The notes beneath the pieces were generated by a model. It made no database searches. It saw only the letters and a list, made by a program, of their open reading frames with translations, and was not told the DNA's origin. A stretch of 64,000 bases of DNA from Hormiphora californensis (taxonomy: Eukaryota; Animalia; Ctenophora). Positions 29,701 to 41,185 of this stretch are shown one piece after another. Location: contig CM035350.1 of NCBI GenBank assembly GCA_020137815.1, forward strand, positions 8,432,001 to 8,496,000, in the 5' to 3' direction. Position 1 is the stretch's first letter. Each line of letters opens with the position of its first letter. Made by a program: the position numbers and the translations under genes.

Positions 29701-30614
29701 ATAAATCTGGAGATCCAAACTCGCTTGATGTTTTTCTCAAATGAGCACACTCGGAGCACATTCAGGTCAGGCCGACCAATCACAGCTCAGAACGCGCAGA
29801 TGTTCCGCATGTTCTGAGCTGTGATTGGTCGGCCTAACCTGAATGTGTTCGACCTGAACATTTCCGAGTGTGCTCATTTTCCCACTCTTGAAAAGGGGCG
29901 CGATTATAATCTGGGTGCTTTGCAGCGACTTTACAGGTGCGCGCTACCAAAATAGTACACTTAGACCGGCTATAACCATTAACCACGCAACCACATGGCC
30001 AATTTGAGTAAACTAAACGGTAACTGATAGAGAATCGATAGCCATAACCCGTCCGCGCTAAAACTACGAATTGTTAGCAATGAAAGGCACCCAGATTTTA
30101 ACGTTTTCCGTTGAAAAGCGCTGCCTTATCCCGTGCTATCGGGGGCCAGCAGCGTTTGCCAATCCCACTCTTCTCAATTTTCGTTGGGGTATGGCATGCG
30201 CTGCAACCCTCAAATGGTGACAGTTGACACGTAAGGGGCTAAAGGCTCACTGTAGTATGGGGCGGCAGCACTCATAGAAGGAAACTCACCGACATCATAC
30301 ATGATCTTCAACCCAAGCGACAAATAACAGCTAATACTGCCATAGCTCCGCCCCTGACATTGTATAGAAGTCTTCTCTGGACCGGTCGACCAGTAGATCC
30401 CGTCGTTGTCCAATTGTCCAATTGTCTTTGAGCCATAGCCGTGGAATGTGGATGCAGTTCGGCCCCTCATCAGCGTATCACACACTAATCACAATGTAAA
30501 CATTGGAAACAACAAACCGACACCGGGTCACATTAGGTTTTTTTCTTAGGATACCACCATTTTAATTTCTTCTAAACCAATACATTCTCTTTTAGTTAGA
30601 TAACCAGACTAATA

Positions 30615-32655
30615 ATGAATATGAATAACGCTGCCAAAGAGTATGCCGCCAGGTCTCAATCCAGCAACATTTTCAGTGGTTCAGAACAGGTAATAGAGCG
30701 TGACACACCATAATAGACTGGTGAAACATTGTACTGTACTTCTGTTTTTGCCTATTTGCTAATCCCCCAACATATTGTCTTCATTTTTCCAATCTCCCAG
30801 TTTTTATATATCCTCCTCTCCCTAGCCGAACTGTAACAGCAGGCCTGGTAAGAAGATGGGAGGCAACCAGGTAGCCAGCAACATTGCGTTTGGAGATGGA
30901 GAGGATCACGTTGCAGAAACCCGCCGGGCTCCCGAACCTGCCCCCTTCCTAACTGATGACAATGCTGTGAACACCCACGGCAGACTAGGAGGATATGTTA
31001 ACCAGAGCGATTCTCTCGTTGAGGCATCAGAAGAGGAAAACAGACAGGTAGTTATGAGAGAGTTTGTGTGTTTGTAGCTCTGTATTATGAGAGAGTTTGT
31101 GTGTTTGTAGCTCTGTATTATGAGAGAGTTTGTGTGTTTGTAGCTCTGTATTATGAGAGAGTTTGTGTGTTTGTAGCTCTGTATTATGAGAGAGTTTGTG
31201 TGTTTGTAGCTCTGTATTATGAGAGAGTTTGTGTGTTTGTAGCTCTGTATTATGAGAGAGTTTGTGTGTTTGTAGCTCTGTATTATGAGAGAGTTTGTGT
31301 GTTTGTAGCTCTGTATTATGAGAGAGTTTGTGTGTTTGTAGCTCTGTATTATGAGAGAGTTTGTGTGTTTGTAGCTCTGTATTATGAGAGAGTTTGTGTG
31401 TTTGTAGCTCTGTATTATGAGAGAGTTTGTGTGTTTGTAGCTCTGTATTATGAGAGAGTTTGTGTGTTTGTATGCCTCGCTGTGACCCCTGTAAAAGCAT
31501 GTTATACATAACTCATACCATTTAATGAACTCTCTCGAGCAGGCCACGGCCACCAAGATCAAATTAAACATGCATGTAAGGATCTTTTGTCAGGTCGACT
31601 AGTGAGAGAGATAAAAGGCTTGGACAAATTATACCCCCATTATGCGAAGTGCTCGGACTGTTCTTGTCACAGATATCCCACTTCTCTCGAGACACATTAT
31701 TCATAATGATCTCGAGCCATTCATAATTAATATCTTCCCCTGGTCTGTCTTACACTCATATTGGGCTCACAGCCTCACATTTCACATCCTATAAAGTTGT
31801 CACATCCTATAACAGTATACCGCCAGCTTCTTACTCACCCCTCCAACAAGCATGGGTTGCTCACAAAGGATGATCTAATGGATCAACAGAATAATCAAAA
31901 TTCCTCCGGTTCATTTAGTCTTACTTGTGATCGGTGCTTCCTACTTCTGTAGTCCATGTATATTATGGTAAAATGTAAAACCATATAACACCCCATCATC
32001 CTCACCAGGTTGAGTACTCCAGACCCGAGCCAGTTGTGATGGTGACCCCAGAAGCAGACATCAAACCCAATGGTGCGTGTACAAATAACATAACATGAAC
32101 TGACCATTATTGAGTTAACCCTTCTACTGGATAGACGGAGTTATGGTAACCATGGTAACACGCTGTTATATATGGTAACCATGGTAACACTGTATTGATG
32201 TGACAGGTAAACATCGCGTGGTCACTACTGTCCTGATGTTGTGCGTGTGTAACAATGATCGGGCTTTGTGTGTGCGTGATTTTGCGCTTGAAATATTCAA
32301 CTGATTGTGTGTGATTATGTTGCATAAAATCCCTGGGTTTCATAAAGACAGTATTTTCTTTACTTGATCTAGAACATAAAGCCAGTTATGTATCTCATAT
32401 TTCATTAAATTGAGTTATCTAGGCCATTCCTAACAGTGCCAGCTCTAGCATACTAAACACCTGGGTACCCACATCACACACAACTAACACACCTCTCTCT
32501 CTCTGTCAGGAAACTCAAAAGTTGCCAGAGAACACAAAGCCAGGAACATGACCAGCCACATCTTTGACAGTCCCGATGCAGCCCCCCAGCAACAACGTAA
32601 TACCAGGGGGAATAACGGTTACAACAAGGTCTCTCAAATCTCTCAAATCTTCTAA
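30615..32655 (+). CDS. Small disordered protein with repeated S[NH]IF motifs, Jupiter/HN1-like; exons 30615-30689, 30826-31047, 32009-32072, 32510-32655
   Basis: All four exons join in frame through GT-AG: ..RSQSSNIFSG..KKMGGNQVASNIAFG..KARNMTSHIFDS..SQIF*. Confidence 0.6.
31053..31472 (+). repeat. 33-bp tandem array, 13 copies, starting 5 nt into an intron
   Basis: Unit tatgagagagtttgtgtgtttgtagctctgtat; donor GT at 31048. Confidence 0.95.
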
Positions 32656-34554
32656 ACCCTATCAGAGGACTGAGAGAGAGATGTACTGTGTGTATTATAA
32701 TAGTGTGTTTCAATTTGTCGCCGGCTGGCTACCGGAGTGCCCTTTACTTTACAATGCAGTTCTAAACACTATCTTTCACTCTCAATATACAGCGGACAAT
32801 AATATTTCTTTTTAACTGTACAGCAACTGTTTGCATATTTTTGTTCAACTTTTGTTTGGCATAGTTACCATTTGACTCTCTCTGTCTTGGTACTACCGTC
32901 ATGATCATCCACAATGAGAGAGTGTTCAATATTTGTTGATGAGTATATTCAATTTGTAATGTCTCAAAAGAATTATATATTTTTTCTCCGCCATTAAATA
33001 AACTTTGTCATTGAATTTAGGCAGGGTATTGCAGTACAGTCATGTGTTGATGTTTTTATGTAGAGAGATATAGATCTCTAAAAGGAAGCGTCTATTTGGC
33101 CACTACTAAACCGACCACTGCTGATGCTCTAGTAATACCCTGCCATAGTCTACCTCCCCAGTGATTTACTAGTACAAACGAAAAGAATAATGGCTCCTAC
33201 AGAGGTTGCCATGGCAACTATTGGGCTCTGTAACCGCTACTTCTCTACCGATTACCACCTGCATCGACATCACATTCGTTGTCATGACAACTGCAGAGTT
33301 CACAGAATGAGCGGAACGCGCGGAGCACTTCTTGTAGAGATCTCCGCGCGACAAAGATTCGCGCGCGGCGGCCGTTTCAGATTTTGGTTTGGTCTGGGAC
33401 CTTCCATTCGATCATTTCCCGTTTTCCCGCCTAACGTCGCCTTTTTTACAAATTTCTTTTTGGCTCTTTTTCGCTTCGTGTTGCGGGCGATTCATTAATT
33501 GCTCACCAATTTCCATAAAAGTGCGAATCTTTCGAAGCAAGTTCGATTCTATCAAAAGATCCCTGGTGATTGTCTATTTGGGGTTTGACTACTTTGAAAT
33601 TTGATAAGTTGTAGTAAATTTTGGGGGGTCGGGAGGTCTTATTGGGTTTTAAAGTGTATCCACCATCTATGGCGGTGCATGAGTGCACGATGAATATTTT
33701 AACAAAAAAAGAAAAAATGAAAAAGAAAATAAAGAAAAATTGAAAAAAAGTAGAAAAATAAAAAGAAAATTGAAAAAAAAGAAAAAAAAATTTGTTTTTT
33801 GAAATTTCGCGTGCACTCATGCACCGCGTAAACCGTAAATCGGCTCAAAAGTGCACGCGCGTTACATGTCGCGGCGAAATATTACAAAATAAGCTGCTTT
33901 TTTGCGGCGCGCAATTTTATTCTCATTTTGGCCAAAATTCCAACCAAATTTGGTTGGAATTTTTTACTTTTTTACCCCAACATCTGGTCGAACCCAACGT
34001 GTATGAGACTCATTTTGATTAATTCTAGATATGGTTACCCCTTTCTCTCTTCAGCAGCTTCTCCTTGGCTGATGAAATGTGATACCAATCGGTAACGGGT
34101 AAACCACCTCAAGAGCCATCAAAAAGGAGACTTAAAGGATAAGGATTTAGCTACTATTTTCTTCCATAACACCCAATCTATGATCTACCCCTCCCTTCTC
34201 AGATACTGTGAGCGAAGTGATGCGGGAACTGTCAACTGGGACTCTGCCTAAAGAACGTCATTACTAAGCCAAAGGGGTCAACAGATGTCAGAGTTCTCGT
34301 AAATCGACCAGCTGCCGTGAGGACCGCTGACGCTGCCGTGAGGACCCCTTCCCCGGACATTGCCGTGAGGGCCGCTGCCGTGAGGATCCGGACGCTTCAA
34401 AGAGGAACCCTGCCGCTACCGAGAGGACACCTTCCCCCACTCCAATAGCCGCTGACAAGAGAACCCCCGCCTACCGCAACCGATAATCCAGCTGCTGAGA
34501 TGTCCCCGCATCATAGTAAGTTAACAAACGAAAACTCCTCCCCCAGGCGCCATC

Positions 34555-35375
34555 TAGTCAGGACCACTATTGGTGCGCGGTCGTGCCCACGGAAGGAGTG
34601 CTTGGATCATCTTGAAACCGGTTTTAAGTTAACTAATACATATCCAAAAGTGTCTGTAGCTATTTGGGTGATGTTCTGACAATCCAATTACGAGTTATGA
34701 CCAAAAAACAGTCAAAAAAGACGTTTTAAAGTGACAGAAAGGAGGACCTGAACACAGCCCTTATATGAAGGGTTGGGGCTATGAAACTTCTTGAGTGGAC
34801 AGAGAATCGTCCAAATTTGCAGTGTCAACTTTGGAATAGTTTCTATCTTTTGTAGTTATTTAATTAGAGCCGTTTAAACATGTGAGAAGATGCTGTAGGG
34901 GCCTCTAATAGTGTGTATTTTTGCTTGTGAAGTGATCACTTGACGAGATTTACCCAATTAGAGAGCAGATTAAAGCATACAAGCGGTGAGAGCAAGCAAT
35001 ATGGGTCGGAAACAGTACCAAATTACCCTATTTTGCAGACCGTCTCACATGTTTAAACAGCTCTAATTAGATAACTACAAAAGATAGAAACTATTCCAAA
35101 GTTGACACTGCATATTTGGACGATTCTCTGTCCACTCAAGAAGTTTCATAGCCCCAACCCTTCATATAAGGGCTGTGTTCAGGTCCTCCTTTTTGTCACT
35201 TTAAAACGTCTTTTTTGACTGTTTTTTGGTCATAACTCGTGATTGGATTGTCAGAACATCACCCAAATAGCTACAGACACTTTTGGGTATGCATTAGTTA
35301 ACTTGAAACCGGTTTCAAGATGATCCAAGCACTCCTTCCGTGGGCACGACCGCACACCAATAGTGGTCCTGACTA
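34555..35375. mobile_element. Academ-like foldback element nested in the hAT element
   Basis: About 340-bp near-perfect inverted arms starting TAGTCAGGACCAC; 3-bp TSD ATC. Confidence 0.8.
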
Positions 35376-35489
35376 ATCAGTGATGGCCCATCACTCATGA
35401 CGCATCAATCCCATGTGACATGCCATTGTTATCCACTATCTTTCCAACTTATTTTCTTCCATAAAATCCAATCTATGATCTACCCCTCC

Positions 35490-37200
35490 CTTCTCAGATA
35501 CTGTGAGCGAAGTGATGGGGGAACTGTCAACTGGGAGTACAAGCACCAGTACCATTTGATATGGACCAAATTACCCAAGTAATTACGAAGTGTGTGGATG
35601 CTGCGGTAACTAGGGCACTGGCTAATTACCAGTTAATGAACCCCCGACATCTACACCCGCTACAGAGGAAGAACGACCGAGAAGAAAAAGAAGGAAGCAG
35701 GAGGTGACACGTGCGCCTCTGCCTTTGAATGATTGTACCAATTTGCCTGATATCCCGAAGGAGAATCCACACTTCGAGGTAACATTTTACATTCTAAACC
35801 CCTGATTTCCGAATCAATTGTTCTCATCTCAATTTCAAGAATATTACACGGGTCCTTACTGTGGCTGAGATCCCATAAAAATGTATACTCGATGGTGCTC
35901 GATATCACACAGCACATTATGGCTTCACCTGTGAAACTTAGCACCACAGCTAGGTCCCATTCCCATTTGAGAGAGACTAATTTGAACATTCAACAGGTCA
36001 ATAACAAAATGCTGGTGTGTAAGTTGTGTGTAAAGAACCCTACCGAGGCACTCAACATGAACTTCCCGCAAACTCGGTACGGAGATGATGGGAAGCAGTC
36101 GGTGCTATGGACTAAGAAGATGTGCCGGCTTCTAGACAGGTCCTTTTCAACACAAAACACAGTGTGTCTTACAAGTGAGGCCATGTTTTATATTTAATTG
36201 TATACAGACATACAGTATATCATTTTTGAACATTGCATAAAACAGAAAGCTAGTATGTGCGGTGTGAAAATGACCTTTGACTAAACTCCAGATTATTTCA
36301 GGCAGTTTGCGGCACAAGTGGAGGTCTCCATTATCAATGGGGAGGAGTGGGGAACCACGTTTCAAATTCAATCAAGAAAACTGGGGCAGTTCTTGAATGA
36401 AAATGATTTCACGGTAACGGCAGACAAGGGTACTTCCATGGGAAGGTAGTTCATTGTTAATTCATGGATAGACTAATTGTAGTTTCAGGTGTGCCCGGTA
36501 GCCGGTTTCCAAATGATGAGAAGCTTCAAAGGTCAAACATAGTGACGTGACCAAGTGATAATAATATTCTGAATATTCTGAATTCTCAGGAAGCGGCTGA
36601 TCATCGCTGTGCGGACCAGTAACTGTATTTGTCACGTTGGCCACCCCTATGTGGGGAAGAAAAGCGATGGCATTACACCGGGGAAGCTTGTGTACGATTC
36701 CATCTGTGCACTTGGTGTTACTCCGACCGGCTTCATGGAGCACTTCAAAGGAGTATGCTATGATGGCCAGCTTGTGAAAATACATGTAGGTTTTTAATTA
36801 CACTGCATACACTCCAGAGTCCACAATCCATGGAGACTGAATCACTTCAAATGTCCAGGGGTTCACTCTCCCCTTTCCCAGGGAGACTGAACCACTTCAA
36901 ATATCCAGGGGTTCAATATCCACTCTGTCTCCTCACCAACTTCCAGTGATTGTTGATAAGACCTCTCTCCTCTCAATTCCCCACTCCTCTATCTTACTAA
37001 CTCCCCTCTCTTCAGATTATCACATGCTGGACCAGAGAAATGTATTGCTAATTGTTACTATACAGATGAGTTTACTGAATATGAAGCGATCAGGCTCCTA
37101 AATTGATAGACTTCCCTGCCTCACACAGAGGTCATTTATATGATGATTGGAGATGAACGGAAACTGTGTGCCAATGGACCATATTGTTAGTTCAGGTAAG
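35490..37200 (+). pseudogene. Fragmented, probably intron-containing hAT-type transposase
   Basis: VTADKGTSMG and FKGVCYDGQL motifs in exon-like blocks bounded by GT/AG; about 90 bp duplicated at 34155 and 35450. Confidence 0.55.
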
Positions 37201-37943
37201 AACAGTTGAATCTCCTGCTAAGGGTATAGGTAGGGTGGTTTATCGTCTCCTTTCAAAGGGGTGTACTCTCCCTTTCCCCGAAGAGACTGGACCCATTCAA
37301 AACGTCCGGAGGTTCACTCTCCCTCTGAAGTCTGAACTCTGAACCCCCACTAACTCCCGGGGATCGGTCATCGGGCACCCATGGGGCAGTATATTATAGT
37401 TTACTCTGTCCAGCGAATCAATGTAGCGGGTGACCCGCTCAATATTAACCCGGGTTTATTGATTAGGGTAGCAACTGACTTTTTGAAACGTTTGAAACGG
37501 TGGCTAATTTGAAACACCCCCTCCAGAGTTCAGTAGGTGCACCCGATTTGGATTTTTAGACATCAGTAGGCTAGTCCGAACCCATGCCAAGCTCACCGAT
37601 GTCTAAAATCCAAATCTGGTGCCGCCGTTTCAAATAGCCAGTCGCTTTCCATATATAGGACTAATATAATACTTGTTTCAGGTTGCCAAAGCTAAAGTAA
37701 CGAGTGTCAAACATCAAGTGTTTACTTGTGCTGTTGCACCGACCCCCGCACAACAACAATACAAGTGTTTACTACCTTCACTCCAATCGGTGTCCCCGAT
37801 CCAAAGTTCTTGATTTCCGGAGTGTACAATTGTTTGAAACTCTATTTTGAAGAAGAAGTGACTTTATATAATTATACCTGTGTGGGAGAGAGAGAAAAAG
37901 AGAGAGAAAAATAGAGATGGAGAGAGAGAGGGAGAGAGAGAGG

Positions 37944-38023
<80 letters not shown>

Positions 38024-38819
38024 CGAGAAAAAATATATATTGACTGTAAATTTTACTACCATTCTTCAAACAATATCGTATATCACGTGTTTTAGTTTGA
38101 TTAACAATGAATAAGCGATCCACTTAAAAGAAAAGTGATGAACCTTTTTGCTGATGTTGGTGTGATGTCGGAATCGGTCTGTATGGCGGCGCCATATCCC
38201 ATTTGATTCTCACACACACAGTGCGCTCAGATGGGTCGCGGCGCCAGACAGGAATCGATAGGGTCTACTGGAGCACTTGCTCGCGATTGCGTCTAGCGCG
38301 CGGTGAAAGTGAAAATTGTTAGCATTTAGCACGCGCGTGCACTTTTGAGCCGATTTACGGTTCACGTGGTGCATGAGTGCACGCGAAATTTCAAAAAAAC
38401 CGAATTTTTTTCTTTTTTTTCAATTTTTCTTCTTTTTCTTTTTCATTTTTTCTTTTTTTGTTAAAAAATTCATCGTGCACTCATGCACCGCCATAACCAT
38501 CCATCAGAAACACTTTTAGAAAACACTTTTGTTGGTAGTGAAACAAATTTGCAACACACATGAACAGAAAACAAATAAACGCGTAGGTGCAGTAGCAAAT
38601 AATTATTCTTCATGTCCCTTTCGTTTAGGCAATCCCAAATAATTAGTGGTCCCAAGGTAAACACTTCCAGCCACAGCTACATTAATACAGTCTCATCATC
38701 AATATATAGGTCAATTATTATACATTTAGTCCAAGGTGCACCGGGGACGGTCACCAGACCGTGTGAGTCCAGGGGGCTGCTAGACAGCTGCTTCATGTCA
38801 GTAGATATCAGTTGAGATT

Positions 38820-40276
38820 CTAGTAGGGATGGTACCGGTGGGATGGGTGATGGGATCTAGGGGCTGATGATTCAGGACCCGTACTAGAGGACAGCTGATT
38901 ACTCTGGACGGGCATTAAATGTGGTCCTCCTGATCCGGCTAATGAGAAATCGTTCTTCAACTGTCTCTCCTCGTACTCACGCAGCTTAGCTCGAACCGTT
39001 TTATCTTCCTGCTAGGGCCAGTAATAAGGAACGTGTGTTAAACTTAAATCATGATCAGCTAGTGGGGAAGTTCTGAAGTAAAAGGAGGTAGTTGGGAAGG
39101 GGCTGATAGACAGTTAATTTCTTGATTGCTATTGTCGGAACAACAGAGATAAGTAGATGAGATGGATAGGGCAAGGGCGATGGATAGGGGAAGGGGAGGG
39201 GGCGATGGATAGGGCAGGGGGCGGTGGATAATAGACTCACATCTGCAAGATCATAATCGAACTCTAGTCGGGCAACTCCATCCAATCGCTTGATGTCTAT
39301 CCATCCCTTTAGTTGAACACAGACCCCGTTCATTATGAATCTACTCTTTAAAACTACCTGAAGTGGGTGGGAAAGTGAGAGAATGATAAATGTTGTCCTT
39401 ATACAACTAGAAGATAGGGAGGTGAGTTGTTTACAACTAGTCAAGCATGTCTTGTGACGAATATAGCGGTTATAGGGAGGTAGAAGTGTGAAGCGGCCGA
39501 TTGCAAAGTGTGCCCCCTACCTTTGACGGGTCCTTTTCAAAGTCAACGTATTCCTTTGAGACCTTCTCCGTGGGTCCGGTGGGAGGCCAAAACTGAAGCA
39601 TCAGATTTACCCCCGTGTTCAGGAACGCCTAGTCACAAAGGAGAGAGATTCGTGAGCGGTGCATGATGTTATAATAAGTGTGCTGGAGTTCAAAGGAGAT
39701 CTTTTACAACATGCTCATCTAGATTTACAAACACACGCCGTCTAATTAGAACGAACATGTCATTTACATACCACGCATGTGTGCCCCTCCTTGCAGTCAT
39801 TGATGAAGCGCTGTGATCTCTCATCAGGTGGCTTGTCTCGGTATGATGTTACCCTGATCTGAAATTAGAGAAGTGGTGAAATCTAGAGAATTAGAGAGTG
39901 GTCAGTGGTGTTGCGTGAAATATAGAAACTGTTTCATAGCACATTAAAACTTTAGTTTAGGAGAATTTGGGACGAACCTCTGAATCTTCGCTGAGTTTCC
40001 TAAATAGTTCATCGGTTTCAAACTTGTGACTCTGGTCTTGGACAACCCGCGGCATCAGCCCATATTGCAGCAACTAAGGGTACAGAGGTTAGGGGGTACA
40101 ACTACTAGACTCGAGAGTCGAGTAGTATAATAGTCAAGTCTGTTCTGTACTGTCATTGTGTTCATCACCTTCATTTCAAGATTTGTCAAGTTGGTCAGAT
40201 TAGTCCGCTGTCTCGGTCCGCCATTGGCAGCTGGTGCCTGCTGCTGCTGTTGTGTCTGTCGACTCACGTGGAACAT
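38820..40276 (-). CDS. CBFB: Core-binding factor beta (RUNX partner); canonical Met at 40055, possible upstream in-frame start at 40276
   Basis: MPRVVQDQSHKFETDELFRKLSEDSE|IRVTSYRDKPPDERSQRF..|AFLNTGVNLMLQF..EYVDFEKDPSK|VVLKSRFIMNGVCVQLKGWIDIKRLDGVARLEFD; ends HRYHPY*. Confidence 0.93.
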
Positions 40277-40811
40277 GGGGGCTGCTTCGTCAGCGGGATC
40301 CGCGGGAGGCCGGTGGTGGTGGTGGTGGTCCTGGTCTGGGTTAGGTGGGTAGTGCCGCAGCGCACCGCACGCCTCGCTCACTAGGGGGTGTGTTGCGACA
40401 ACCTAGAGCAGAGGACATGGTTATGGGATTATGGGTAGGAATATGGGGGACATGGCTATAGGATGAGTTGGGATATATTGGAGACATGGTTAATGGTTAT
40501 GGGATCAGCTGTAGGGGTATTATTATTGGGGTTTCATTTTGATCTACCGAATCCTCACGGAAATAAAATAACGGTGTTTATGGACTGAAATGCCAAATGG
40601 GTATCTCCGCCCTCCGGTAGTAGCAAAGATCTTTAGCTGCCAGGACCACACCAGCTCTCAACTACTACTTACCACGGTTGCGCTGATTGCTATGAACGAT
40701 GGGCGGGTAGGGTACTGAGTTTAAAGCCCGGCAGTGTTATTAGGAGGGCTGTCGAGCTTCCCTTTCTCGTTGTACCAAACTGCAGGCCGCTACTATCATG
40801 AGATCGGAGAG

Positions 40812-40988
40812 AAAATGAGTTAGCATAGGGGAAAATGGGTTAGTATTCGGGGGAAAATGGGTTAGCATTCGGGGGAAATGGGCTAGTATTGGAGGAAATG
40901 GGTTAGCATTTGGGGGAAATGGGTTAGCATTTGGGGGAAATGGGTTAGCATAATAGCATTTGGGGGAAATGGGTTAGCATTGGGGGAA
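40812..40988 (-). repeat. About 20-bp tandem array containing a CTAAC branch-point motif (minus strand aatgctaacccatttccccc)
   Basis: About 8 copies of gggggaaatgggttagcatt in the CBFB 5' region. Confidence 0.85.
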
Positions 40989-41042
40989 CTGCAGGTTTAG
41001 ATTTGACTCATAAAAAAGAACAACTAAACAACTCAACAACTC

Positions 41043-41185
41043 AACAACTGAACAAGAGAACAACTGAACAAGAGAACAACTGAACAAGAGAACAACTGAA
41101 CAAGAGAACAACTGAACAAGAGAACAACTGAACAAGAGAACAACTGAACAAGAGAACAACTGAACAAGAGAACAACTGAACAAGA
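41043..41185. repeat. 16-bp tandem array (aacaactgaacaagag), about 9 copies
   Basis: Direct reading. Confidence 0.9.

Larger units (their letters stand above)
33668..38495 (+). mobile_element. 4.8-kb decayed hAT-like DNA transposon with long TIRs and a 6-bp TSD
   Basis: TIR tatggcggtgcatgagtgcacg... (about 165-190 bp) mirrored at about 38331-38495; ACCATC at 33662-33667 and 38496-38501. Confidence 0.8.

Noticed and set aside
30210-30485. 91-aa minus-strand ORF, and the ORF at 4959-5186
   Set aside because: No recognisable motif or consistent splice structure; adjacent to repeats
30906-31571. Repeat ORFs (YKHTNSLIIQS)n and related frames
   Set aside because: Translations of a 33-bp intronic minisatellite
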